DNA of 63,546 nt from Octopus bimaculoides (taxonomy: Eukaryota): positions 13,876,782 through 13,940,327 of the forward strand of contig NC_068997.1 of assembly GCF_001194135.2 (NCBI RefSeq), read 5' to 3'. Made by a program: the position numbers and the translations under genes. This document shows, piece by piece, positions 53,095 through 63,546 of this stretch; the first letter of the stretch is position 1, and the number at the start of each line of letters is the position of its first letter. A model generated the notes under the pieces. The model saw only the letters and a list, made by a program, of their open reading frames with translations, was not told the origin of the DNA and did no database searches.

Positions 53095-54055
53095 AAGTTT
53101 TATCTATCCATGTACCAATTAAAAATTTCACTGATCATAGACCATCTAAAATCTAACTAGCTAATAATACAATACATTATTATGAGAATACACCAGCATC
53201 TAATATTCAATCTATACATTTACAATGTAAACATGTGTATGCTCATACACTATTTAACTTGATATAATCATAATTCACCTAAAATACTTTTTGTTCATGT
53301 AACATATATAATTCTATCTGTCCATATACTACCTAAAATATCAATCTATTTACCAGCTAAAAAATTTATCTGTCTATGAATCATTTAAAAATGCTTGTAC
53401 ACTATCAAAAGTTTCATGTATCCATAACTAAAATGTTAAGCATTGTGGATTCTGAAATTTTATCTATTTAATTATTTATATAGCATTTAAAATGCCTTCG
53501 TCCAAGTTCAAGATTTTATCCGACCATATATCATATATAAAATGTAACATATAATAGATTTTTATCTGTCCAAATATAAAATTTTATATCATAACACATA
53601 ACAGTTTTTATCTGACCATATGTATACAAAGGTTCATTTCTTTAAATACCATCTAAATTTATATGTCTATAAATCAAACAGTTTTCTGCTTATTCACCAT
53701 CTAAATTTTCTGTCTACATACCATAAAAATATCATTTGTTCATATACCAAAATTTATCTGTCCATATGCCAACTAAAATATCATTTGTCCACACAGCATC
53801 TAAAATGTTATTTTTTCATATACCAGCTACAATCTATTCATATCAAATTTTATATCCATACATCAGCAAAAATTTCATTTCTCCACATAGCATCTAAAAC
53901 TGTAAACTGTTTGTATATCACACAACCAAGATATTTCCCTATATCATTTAATATGTCAATATTTCATTTAAAGCAAACCATCCCAAATTTTACTGTCCAT
54001 ATATCAGCAAACGTTTTGTGTTCATATGCCATCTAAAACTATATCTTTTTCTATA
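53095..54055. repeat. Degenerate minisatellite, roughly 25-30 bp unit (approx. ttttatctgtccatataccatctaaaa)
   Basis: Recurring tatctgtccatat / catctaaaa / accagctaaaa variants over about 950 bp. Confidence 0.75.
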
Positions 54056-54261
54056 CTATATAAATTGACATACTTGCAGGCACTCTGTCAGTTACAATGA
54101 CAAGGCTCCAGTTGATCTGATCAATGGAACAGCCTGCTCATGAAATTAATGCACAAATGGCTGAGCACTCCACAGACACATGTACTCACAACATAGTTCA
54201 CAAAGACATTCAGCATGACACAGAATCTTTTCTACTCTTGGCACAAGGCTCAAAATTTTTG

Positions 54262-54437
54262 GGGAGTGGGTGGATTAGATCGACCCCAGTTTGTAACTGG
54301 TACTTAATTTATCGACCACAAAAGGATGAAAGGCAAAGTCGACCTCAACGGAATTTGAACTCAGAACATAAAGACAGACGAAATAATGCTACACATTTCA
54401 CCTGGCATGCTAACGATTCTGGCAGCTTGCCACCTTC
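54262..54437 (-). mobile_element. SINE family C
   Basis: ctggtacttaatttatcgacc...gaaaggcaaagtcgacctcaacggaatttgaactcagaac...ctggcagcttgccacc. Confidence 0.88.
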
Positions 54438-54479
54438 AGCATAACACATAATGTGACAAGGCCCTTTGAAATTACTGGT

Positions 54480-54610
54480 ACTACTCATTTTTGCCAGCTG
54501 AGTAGACTGGAGCAATGAGAAATAAAGGAACTTGCTCAAGGACAAACTACACTGTTCGGAATCAAACTCAGGACCCTGATCCAAATAATCTAACCACCAA
54601 GCTACATTCA
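54480..54610 (-). mobile_element. SINE family B fragment
   Basis: actcatttttgccagctgagtagactggagcaatgagaaataaaggaacttgctcaagg. Confidence 0.8.
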
Positions 54611-55024
54611 TATACCAACAAAATACCTTTTATTATACCATCCTCAAATATTTATCTGAAGGCAATCTTCTACGGAGAATATTTTGAGTACCTGGTGAGT
54701 GGTCATGGTTACAAAAACTGGGGTTGATTTAACTATTCATATCCAATCGAAAGCAGTGTTGAACAAAACAAAAGGGTTCAATAAGGTGATATCACTTCCT
54801 ACAACCCACTTTACTTCGTTTATGTCCTTAATGCCCTTGGAAATTCCATCAACCTCTAAATATCACATTTTTTTTCTCTCCCAAAATATATAATGCCTTG
54901 GTGTGTTTAGTCACAAGGAACCAATATTTATGCATGAACTTATCTGCATCTAGTAAGCCCTTGAAAGATCTACAGTTCATGATCATATACTGTTGAATGT
55001 ATATGTACATGAATATATACATAT

Positions 55025-55080
<56 letters not shown>

Positions 55081-55372
55081 CTCTATTGATGTATGTATAT
55101 ATATATATATGTATATATATGTATGTGTTTTATTGTGTGCATGTATGTATGTATATATATATATATATATTGATGTTTCAGTGGATTTATGTATCTGTAG
55201 GAATCGGTGTGTATCCATGTATGTGTGTGTGTGAGTGAAGTATGAACGTATGTATGAGTGTCTGCGCCTGTCAAGTGTAAAGCAATAAAGCACCTTTACT
55301 TTCGATGGAAAAAGACGATTAAAACTTAAAAGATGATTATGGTAAGTCTCTTTATTATGCCCCCTGCCTCAC

Positions 55373-55423
55373 CTCGTGTCATTTTATCAGTGAAGTGTTC
55401 AAGCAACAGATCACACTGCCCTT
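55373..55423 (-). CDS. Candidate 51-nt symmetric exon xGQCDLLLEHFTDKMTR
   Basis: cctcttctttcttgtgaaattgacttaaag| acceptor and GAG|GTGAGG donor. Only the phase-1 frame is open. Confidence 0.4.
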
Positions 55424-55746
55424 CTTTAAGTCAATTTCACAAGAAAGAAGAGGTGTGGAAGTCTTTTTTTCACAGTATCTAGATATCATTAGATCAATGG
55501 TAATTTAAAATAGGCTGGTGGAAGATAGAATAGATTTCTGCCTACAACCAATGCTTCATTTAATATATGTTTGTCTGGCAGAATATTTGATTGTTTGTAT
55601 ATTGAGTATACACACACACACAAACATATATGTATATATATATACATACACACATATATATTTACACACATATATATATATATATATATCAATACATACA
55701 CTCACACATATACACACAGATATATGCATAAACACTCTCATGCACA

Positions 55747-55783
<37 letters not shown>

Positions 55784-56423
55784 ATACACATGCATGAATG
55801 CAAGCATTAAGACACACATGAATACATACACAGATAACTCCGCAAATATAAATGTGTATAAATCTTCACATATGAATGTAAAGAATAGTTTTAAATGCAA
55901 CTGTTCTGGTGTGTGTGTATGTGTGTGTATGCACGCGTGTGTCTGTATGTTTGTGTAAGTATATGTGAATACGATATCTAAAATTTGTGGAAGGTTTTCA
56001 AGAGGAATGGTGTCTTAGAAACATTACTGATGTGCGGTTGCAATGCTTGAATGACTCAACATCAAATTGGTTAACAGAGANNNNNNNNNNNNNNNNNNNN
56101 NNNNNNNNNNNNNNNNNNNNNNNNNNNNNNNNNNNNNNNNNNNNNNNNNNNNNNNNNNNNNNNNNNNNNNNNNNNNNNNNNNNNNNNNNNNNNNNNNNNN
56201 NNNNNNNNNNNNNNNNNNNNNNNNNNNNNNNNNNNNNNNNNNNNNNNNNNNNNNNNNNNNNNNNNNNNNNNNNNNNNNNNNNNNNNNNNNNNNNNNNNNN
56301 NNNNNNNNNNNNNNNNNNNNNNNNNNNNNNNNNNNNNNNNNNNNNNNNNNNNNNNNNNNNNNNNNNNNNNNNNNNNNNNNNNNNNNNNNNNNNNNNNNNN
56401 NNNNNNNNNNNNNACATACATAT

Positions 56424-56476
<53 letters not shown>

Positions 56477-56915
56477 GTGAGAATTTACAAAAACCAAAAG
56501 ACAAAGATGGGTGTGTAAACCACAAACAGATGTATTAGTTTAATGCTCGGAAAGTGAGAAAGTATTTTTATGTTTCGAGCCTACGCTCTTTCACAGAAAG
56601 GAACACAGAAATAAACAGGGAGAGAAAAATAAAAAAAAAAAAAAGAGTTTAGTGGCTAGCGATCTATCATGATGAATGCCACAAGGGCTGAACAGAAAGA
56701 ATACAGCTGGGAAAAGAGGTTAGACGAAAGCAGAGCAAACAGGAAACTAGACGAAAATTTAACGGATCGGAAATTAGACAGACACAATACATGGAATATT
56801 CACAGCTGAGTTTTCCTCATCAGTCGCACATATATATACACACACAAACATATGAATCTGAATGGAATTGGTAGATGGAAACTGAAAGAAGCCTGTTATG
56901 TGCGTGTGTATCTGA

Positions 56916-56947
<32 letters not shown>

Positions 56948-57168
56948 ATATATGCCTAACTCACCTCTACCTACCCAATAAATTCTAGCTTTACTCTGTT
57001 GTACTTATCCTGCTGCACCACCACCCAGCACTCTGTTACCCACCTCGCACTTGCAATGTACCCTCCAGTTTTTCTCTCTCATTTGTCTGGCTGCGTTCAC
57101 CACTGCAGCCCCTACAACTTTCTCTCGCTGTACATGTTCATTCATTGAAGCAACAAGGACCGTCTGCT

Positions 57169-57883
57169 CAAGTGGTTCTCAACCAATCTTTTTATTATTT
57201 TTTATGGGTCCCTTACATTCGTATTTTACCTGGATGGACCCTCAGAGCCATTTGATGCTTAAAAATTCCATATATGTTTTTATAATTAAAAATTATCAGG
57301 AGTTACATACTCTTTTACTTGTTTCAGTCATTTGACTGTGGCCATGCTGGAGCACCGCCTTTAGTCGAGCAAATCAACCCCCCAGGACTTATTCTTTGTA
57401 AGCCTAGTACTTATTCTATCGGTCTCTTTTGCCGAACTGCTATGTGACGGGAACATAAACACACCAGCATTGGTTGTCAAGCAATGCTAGGGGGACAAAC
57501 ACAGACACACAAACATATATACACAAACACACATATATATATATATGTTTACATATATACGATGGGCTTCTTTCAGTTTCCGTTTACCAAATCCACTCAC
57601 GAGGCTTTGGTCGGCCTGAAGCTATAGTAGAAGAAATCTGCCCAAGATGCCACGCAGTGGGACTGAACCCGGAACCATGTGGTCGGTAAGCAACCTACAT
57701 ACCACACAGACACTCCTGCGCGTAAAAATCCTTGTACATCGGCTGGGCATAAAAATAATTCTTACAAGAATTTATGTATTGTAGAAATATAAGCAATTTA
57801 TTGCACATGAATTTTAACAACAACATTTTATATGGAACCTCAGGGGTCATATGACCCCCCACCCCTTAGTTGAGAAAGCCCTG
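57169..57883. mobile_element. hAT (Charlie-type) MITE carrying a nested SINE
   Basis: Left end caagtggttctcaacc and right end agttgagaaagccctg resemble CAGTGGTTCTCAAC / GTTGAGAACCACTG. Right flank atctagtc resembles the nTCTAGAn target. Confidence 0.7.
57308..57721 (-). mobile_element. SINE family A, full-length
   Basis: tactcttttacttgtttcagtcatttgactgtggccatgctggagcaccgcc ... accacacagacactcctgcg. Confidence 0.92.
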
Positions 57884-58719
57884 ATCTAGTCATTCTGGGT
57901 AAAAGATGACTGATTGTTAGGAAAGAAGATGGATGAATGGATATTCAAAGTGTCTCTGTTGCCGCATCTTGTTCTCTGCACTCCACAATACATTGGTGCA
58001 GCTGCTTTTCTCTCCACTGATCCGTGTGTGTGTGTGTATACATACATACATGTATATATGTGTATATATATATATATATATATAGATACAAATGGATAGA
58101 TATAATACATTTATAGATCTATATTTTATATACCTATACATCTTAGTATGTATTTACATATATATGTACACAAACACACACACATATGTATATATACACA
58201 CATACATATGTGTATATACACATATACACACACACACAAACATACACATATATATACTTACATACATACATGTATATTTACAGGATTATATCTATTGAAG
58301 CATTTACTTTCGTACATGTATTTTAAGCTCATCATTGATACAAATAAGCAAGCACACACACATACAGAAGCACACATACACGCACACACAAGAAGATATG
58401 AACACGAATACAATGAAAACACTTCTAACTACAAAAGATTATGACTGGGGAACAGAAGTTTTAATAAGTTTGTCAATAAATATGCCATAGATTTAATTCT
58501 TTTTGAAGTGAAAGGTACAAATTTGATTGGAGCAGGAAGCGGAAAGGTACCACCAACGTTGGCACCATCAGTGGCATCAATTCAGCAATGATAAATTCAA
58601 AAGCCACAGGAACACAATCAATAATAATATTTGCCAATAATACAGGACAACCAAAACTTATAAATATAGAAAATATATAAATATAAATTTGGGAAAGTAG
58701 AATGAAAGGAAATACACTA

Positions 58720-59000
58720 CAACATCTAATACCACTGCCACTATCACCATCATCACCACCACCACCAATGCTACCAATCACAATGACAATCGTCTCTACC
58801 CATCATCATCATCATCACCACCATCAAAGCTACCACTGACATCATCTTCATCATCGTCATTGTCATCAATATGAAAATAACCCTCATCACTAGTGTCATT
58901 ATCATCACTACCGCCTTCGTTACTCCCAACAACGTTATCCTCATCATCATTCTGACCCCTCCACCACCATCACTACTATCACCAAAACAACCACCACCAT
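58720..59000. repeat. Trinucleotide (ATC/ACC) low-complexity island
   Basis: Direct reading. A similar island lies at 10740-10870. Confidence 0.85.
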
Positions 59001-59082
59001 GAAGAACTTAACAAGTCTTTTATTCTTTTTTTACTGCTTTATTTTATTTTTCTTTCTTTTTTTTTTCATTTTGGAAACTCAG

Positions 59083-59129
59083 TAAAATACGCAAATTTTA
59101 AAGGATCTCATTTTGATGGAAAATATTTT
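59083..59129 (+). CDS. Candidate 47-nt exon KYANFKGSHFDGKYF
   Basis: Long polypyrimidine tract then ctcag|; only one frame open; moderate ttt|gtaact donor. Confidence 0.2.
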
Positions 59130-59769
59130 GTAACTTACAGTCAACTATTTACTAGTAATTCCTGTATAAAATCTNNNNNNNNNNATATATATATATATAC
59201 GCACACATACTAACATGTGTATCCACAAGCACATCATTCTGCTTTTGCATCAGCAGACAATAGCTCTAACAGTACAGCTTTTCCTCTCTAGTTTTAATCC
59301 CTTGTCTACCACAGGAGAGATATTTGTCAAATGTGTATTGTTGTTGTTTGATCACAGTAGCAGTGTGTTACTGTTATTATTATTAATTTTTTTTTTTTTG
59401 CATATATGCAGATGTTGGGGATATTTTTGTCTTTGTTGTTTTACTCATACTTTCGTTTCTTTTTTTTTTTTGTTACTTTTGGTTTCTTTTGTTCGCTTTT
59501 CTTGGTTTCTATGTTTCCGCTTGACATGTGCAGGGGACAAATATACATATGCAAATTTCTCAGTAGGATATAACTAATGCTTATATATATATTTGTTTGT
59601 TTGGTAGGTGAAGATAAATATGCACCAACTGCATTTGTTGCATCAGAAGAGACATGTGCTTAATTTGAATATGTTTCTAAATAGCTGTGCATGGTATGTA
59701 CATGTGTCTTTGCATGAGTGCATGTAATATCACAATATCACTGAGCATCCACTTTCTGATAATCATCTC

Positions 59770-59876
59770 GACCTCAGGACTTACACTTTGTAAGCCTAAT
59801 ACTTACGGGGATGCAAACACACCAACATCGGTTGTCAAGCGTTAGAGGGGGGATAAACACAGACAGACACACAAAC

Positions 59877-59916
<40 letters not shown>

Positions 59917-60800
59917 NNNNNNNNNNNNNNNNNNNNNNNNNNNNNNNNNNNNNNNNNNNNNNNNNNNNNNNNNNNNNNNNNNNNNNNNNNNNNNNNNNNN
60001 NNNNNNNNNNNNNNNNNNNNNNNNNNNNNNNNNNNNNNNNNNNNNNNNNNNNNNNNNNNNNNNNNNNNNNNNNNNNNNNNNNNNNNNNNNNNNNNNNNNN
60101 NNNNNNNNNNNNNNNNNNNNNNNNNNNNNNNNNNNNNNNNNNNNNNNNNNNNNNNNNNNNNNNNNNNNNNNNNNNNNNNNNNNNNNNNNNNNNNNNNNNN
60201 NNNNNNNNNNNNNNNNNNNNNNNNNNNNNNNNNNNNNNNNNNNNNNNNNNNNNNNNNNNNNNNNNNNNNNNNNNNNNNNNNNNNNNNNNNNNNNNNNNNN
60301 NNNNNNNNNNNNNNNNNNNNNNNNNNNNNNNNNNNNNNNNNNNNNNNNNNNNNNNNNNNNNNNNNNNNNNNNNNNNNNNNNNNNNNNNNNNNNNNNNNNN
60401 NNNNNNNNNNNNNNNNNNNNNNNNNNNNNNNNNNNNNNNNNNNNNNNNNNNNNNNNNNNNNNNNNNNNNNNNNNNNNNNNNNNNNNNNNNNNNNNNNNNN
60501 NNNNNNNNNNNNNNNNNNNNNNNNNNNNNNNNNNNNNNNNNNNNNNNNNNNNNNNNNNNNNNNNNNNNNNNNNNNNNNNNNNNNNNNNNNNNNNNNNNNN
60601 NNNNNNNNNNNNNNNNNNNNNNNNGTATGTGTGTGTTGTTCTCCCACCACTGCTTGACAATCAGCGTTGGTGCATTTGAAACCCTGAAACTTAGCTGTTT
60701 GGCAAAAAAGACCGATAGAATAAGTACTAGGCTTATAAGAAAAATACTGAGGTCAATTCATTTGACTAAAAATTCAAAGCAGTACCCTAATGACTGAAAC
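59770..60800. mobile_element. Two SINE family A 3' halves in opposite orientation flanking a gap (59770-59880 minus; 60625-60800 plus)
   Basis: caggacttacactttgtaagcc...ggttgtcaagcg on the left; gcttgacaatcagcgttggtg...gaccgatagaataagtactaggc...atgactgaaacaaataaaa on the right. Confidence 0.8.
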
Positions 60801-61019
60801 AAATAAAAAAAAGTTGTGGAGAAATTATCCAAATGCAAAAAAAAACCTCGAAAAAGACATAACTAGGATGCCAGGACAGAAATAAGAATCAATTCTCTAT
60901 TACAGTGCTCGTCATGGGAATAATTTAAAAAATAATTAAGCCTGCATGATTTTTTGTTATTTTTTGCAACTAATTGAAATAATTGTTCCAACAGATGATA
61001 GTACATTTATTAGCACAAT

Positions 61020-61115
61020 TGTGGCTGTGTGGTAAAACGCTTGCTTCTCAACCACATGGTTCTGGATTCAGTCCCATTGTGTGGCACCTTGGGCAACTGT
61101 CTTCTACTATAACAT
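61020..61115 (+). mobile_element. SINE family A 5' fragment
   Basis: gtggctgtgtggtaaaacgcttgcttctcaaccacatggttctggattcagtcccattgtgtggcaccttgggcaactgtcttctactata. Confidence 0.85.
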
Positions 61116-61401
61116 TGGGGTACAAAAAAAACATAAGAAAATGAAGTCATTAGTTATTGCACACATATTACATCGTACTTTTAATGTAATAGCAACTAAC
61201 ACCAAAATCAGAACAAAATGACACTTTACATATCCCAAGCTGACCAATCTGTGCTTGGCTATTCAGTGAAAACACCCTTGTTTTTAAATAAACAATAAAA
61301 AAAAATTGTTTTAAAGTGATAGTGTTTAGTTGAATCAGTCATCTTATGCAGTTTATATTATCTTATGTGTGAGTCTGAAAGGTACTAGTATTTTTATCCA
61401 G

Positions 61402-61489
61402 GAAAAGTGACAGGATCTCTCAAATACATTCAATTAGGCTCTCAGTTCTGAAGTTCAATATTTCAACTAAGCACCCACACAGTTGTATG
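61402..61489 (+). CDS. Candidate 88-nt exon KSDRISQIHSIRLSVLKFNISTKHPHSCM
   Basis: tatttttatccag|G acceptor and ATG|GTAAGT donor; one frame open. Confidence 0.25.
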
Positions 61490-61583
61490 GTAAGTTCTTA
61501 TGAATATAGCATATCTTCTTCTGATGCATAAATTCATATATATGTGTGTGTGTGTCTGTTTAAAAATACATATATGCATGGAC

Positions 61584-61678
<95 letters not shown>

Positions 61679-62604
61679 ATACATATATATATGTTATGTG
61701 TATATATATATTCATATATATACGTTATGTGTATNNNNNNNNNNNNNNNNNNNNNNNNNNNNNNNNNNNNNNNNNNNNNNNNNNNNNNNNNNNNNNNNNN
61801 NNNNNNNNNNNNNNNNNNNNNNNNNNNNNNNNNNNNNNNNNNNNNNNNNNNNNNNNNNNNNNNNNNNNNNNNNNNNNNNNNNNNNNNNNNNNNNNNNNNN
61901 NNNNNNNNNNNNNNNNNNNNNNNNNNNNNNNNNNNNNNNNNNNNNNNNNNNNNNNNNNNNNNNNNNNNNNNNNNNNNNNNNNNNNNNNNNNNNNNNNNNN
62001 NNNNNNNNNNNNNNNNNNNNNNNNNNNNNNNNNNNNNNNNNNNNNNNNNNNNNNNNNNNNNNNNNNNNNNNNNNNNNNNNNNNNNNNNNNNNNNNNNNNN
62101 NNNNNNNNNNNNNNNNNNNNNNNNNNNNNNNNNNNNNNNNNNNNNNNNNNNNNNNNNNNNNNNNNNNNNNNNNNNNNNNNNNNNNNNNNNNNNNNNNNNN
62201 NNNNNNNNNNNNNNNNNNNNNNNNNNNNNNNNNNNNNNNNNNNNNNNNNNNNNNNNNNNNTATATATATATATATATATATATATTTAGATGTAGAATAT
62301 TCGACAAAGAAACAAATAAACACTCTCCCATTTGCTTATGTACAACTACGAACTCATATGAAAAAAAATATATTCTTTACACCCATGAACACATTAGATA
62401 TAAATAAACAAACAAAGCACATATCAACAGACCAACAAAACTGCAATCACACTGAAAATAAACATAAATCCACTTTATAAAAGGAAAACTCCCCTAAAAA
62501 AAACACCCACCTTCTTCCCCTTAAAAAAAAATTCTTAACAAATAAATACCTGTATACCAACATTCACACGCATATATATCAACAAAACACAAATATATAC
62601 ACAC

Positions 62605-62638
<34 letters not shown>

Positions 62639-62648
62639 NNNNNNNNNN

Positions 62649-62683
<35 letters not shown>

Positions 62684-63444
62684 GCACAGATAAAAATGAA
62701 TATGAAAAAATATATACACGATAATATTAGGGCATTTGTATTTTTTAAATTATTATTTTTTTTATCCATTCCTGTGGCAGACCAAACATTATGAAGTTTT
62801 TCATTTTACTTTCGAATGTGTGGGTTCTGTGTTTTTTTCTTGCATTTTTTTTTTATTATCAAATCTAAGATGTATATTTATGGAGATGGGTAGGGTAGAA
62901 AAATATTCTGGAAGAGTCTTTGCTTTTCTTGTATGTAAAAAAAAAAATGTAAATAAACACCACCATTGTCTTTGATTGTGATACCATAAACAAATTTTAT
63001 CAGCTTATATATTTAAAAAAAAATTCTCCAACAAGAGCCATTCTAATTTATCTTTATCAAATTTCATTATCAATGACTAAATTTTGAAATGGTTATATTT
63101 AATAGAACTCCCAGCAAACAACTTATCAGATTTTCTGTCTCTCTTCTTTGTTTCCAGTTTTATTTTTCTTTATCTAACTATCACCATTGCAACCACCACT
63201 ACCACCACCACCACCGTTAGCATCTCTGGCATTAACAACAATGACAACAACAACCAAAATGCTTCAAGCTTGCAATCTGTAACACACACACACAGAATTG
63301 TTGACATGCCTACACACTGGACAGGAGCATACACATATGCTTGGCATACAAGCACAGAGAAGTGTGTATAAGAAAAGATATGAATTTAAGAGTATCGATA
63401 AGAATGTCACAAACTATATATATGTATGTATGTATATATATATG

Positions 63445-63507
<63 letters not shown>

Positions 63508-63546
63508 ACTATGTTTTATTGCATCAAATGTACAATGTGTATATAT

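Noticed and set aside
55300-55390. Plus-strand ATG|GTAAGT donor at 55341/55342 with an acceptor at 55390
   Set aside because: The implied intron is only 49 nt and splicing gives an immediate stop (MIM*); the minus-strand exon explains the region better.
58430-58660. Protein-like frames on both strands (GANVGGTFPLPAPIKFVPF..., ERYKFDWSRKRK..., LIGAGSGK)
   Set aside because: No consistent acceptor/donor pair for any frame, and GAGSGK does not fit the G-x4-GK[ST] P-loop spacing. Left unannotated.

Overview
Eukaryotic, very AT-rich draft-assembly window. About 17 N gaps occur, most bordered by (TA)n or (CA/TG)n runs. The repeat content (tRNA-derived SINEs, RTE, R4/Dong-like, CR1/L2-like and Penelope-like retroelement remnants, Tigger/mariner/hAT/piggyBac-type DNA elements, dense microsatellites) points to an octopod cephalopod, probably Octopus. 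That is an inference from remembered repeat consensus sequences, not a database result. Almost all ORFs in the supplied track are microsatellite or N-run artefacts, and no complete gene can be recognised. Several short unique segments with good splice signals are candidate exons: a possible minus-strand multi-exon transcript at 50.0-55.4 kb and scattered plus-strand candidates at 8.5, 21.8, 24.0, 28.8, 59.1 and 61.4 kb. The most unusual structures are: (1) a 620-bp array of about 17 short palindromic units in two roughly alternating types with variable purine-rich spacers (16.39-17.01 kb), each unit overlapping STAT-, NF-kB- and ETS-like motifs; (2) a pre-miRNA-like hairpin at 50659-50768; (3) a 120-bp inverted duplication whose loop holds a 57-bp copy of sequence 1 kb upstream (40.35-40.72 kb); (4) a 393-nt splice-bounded segment with only two in-frame stops, next to an inverted SINE pair. 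All coordinates and translations were read by eye; TE boundaries are approximate.
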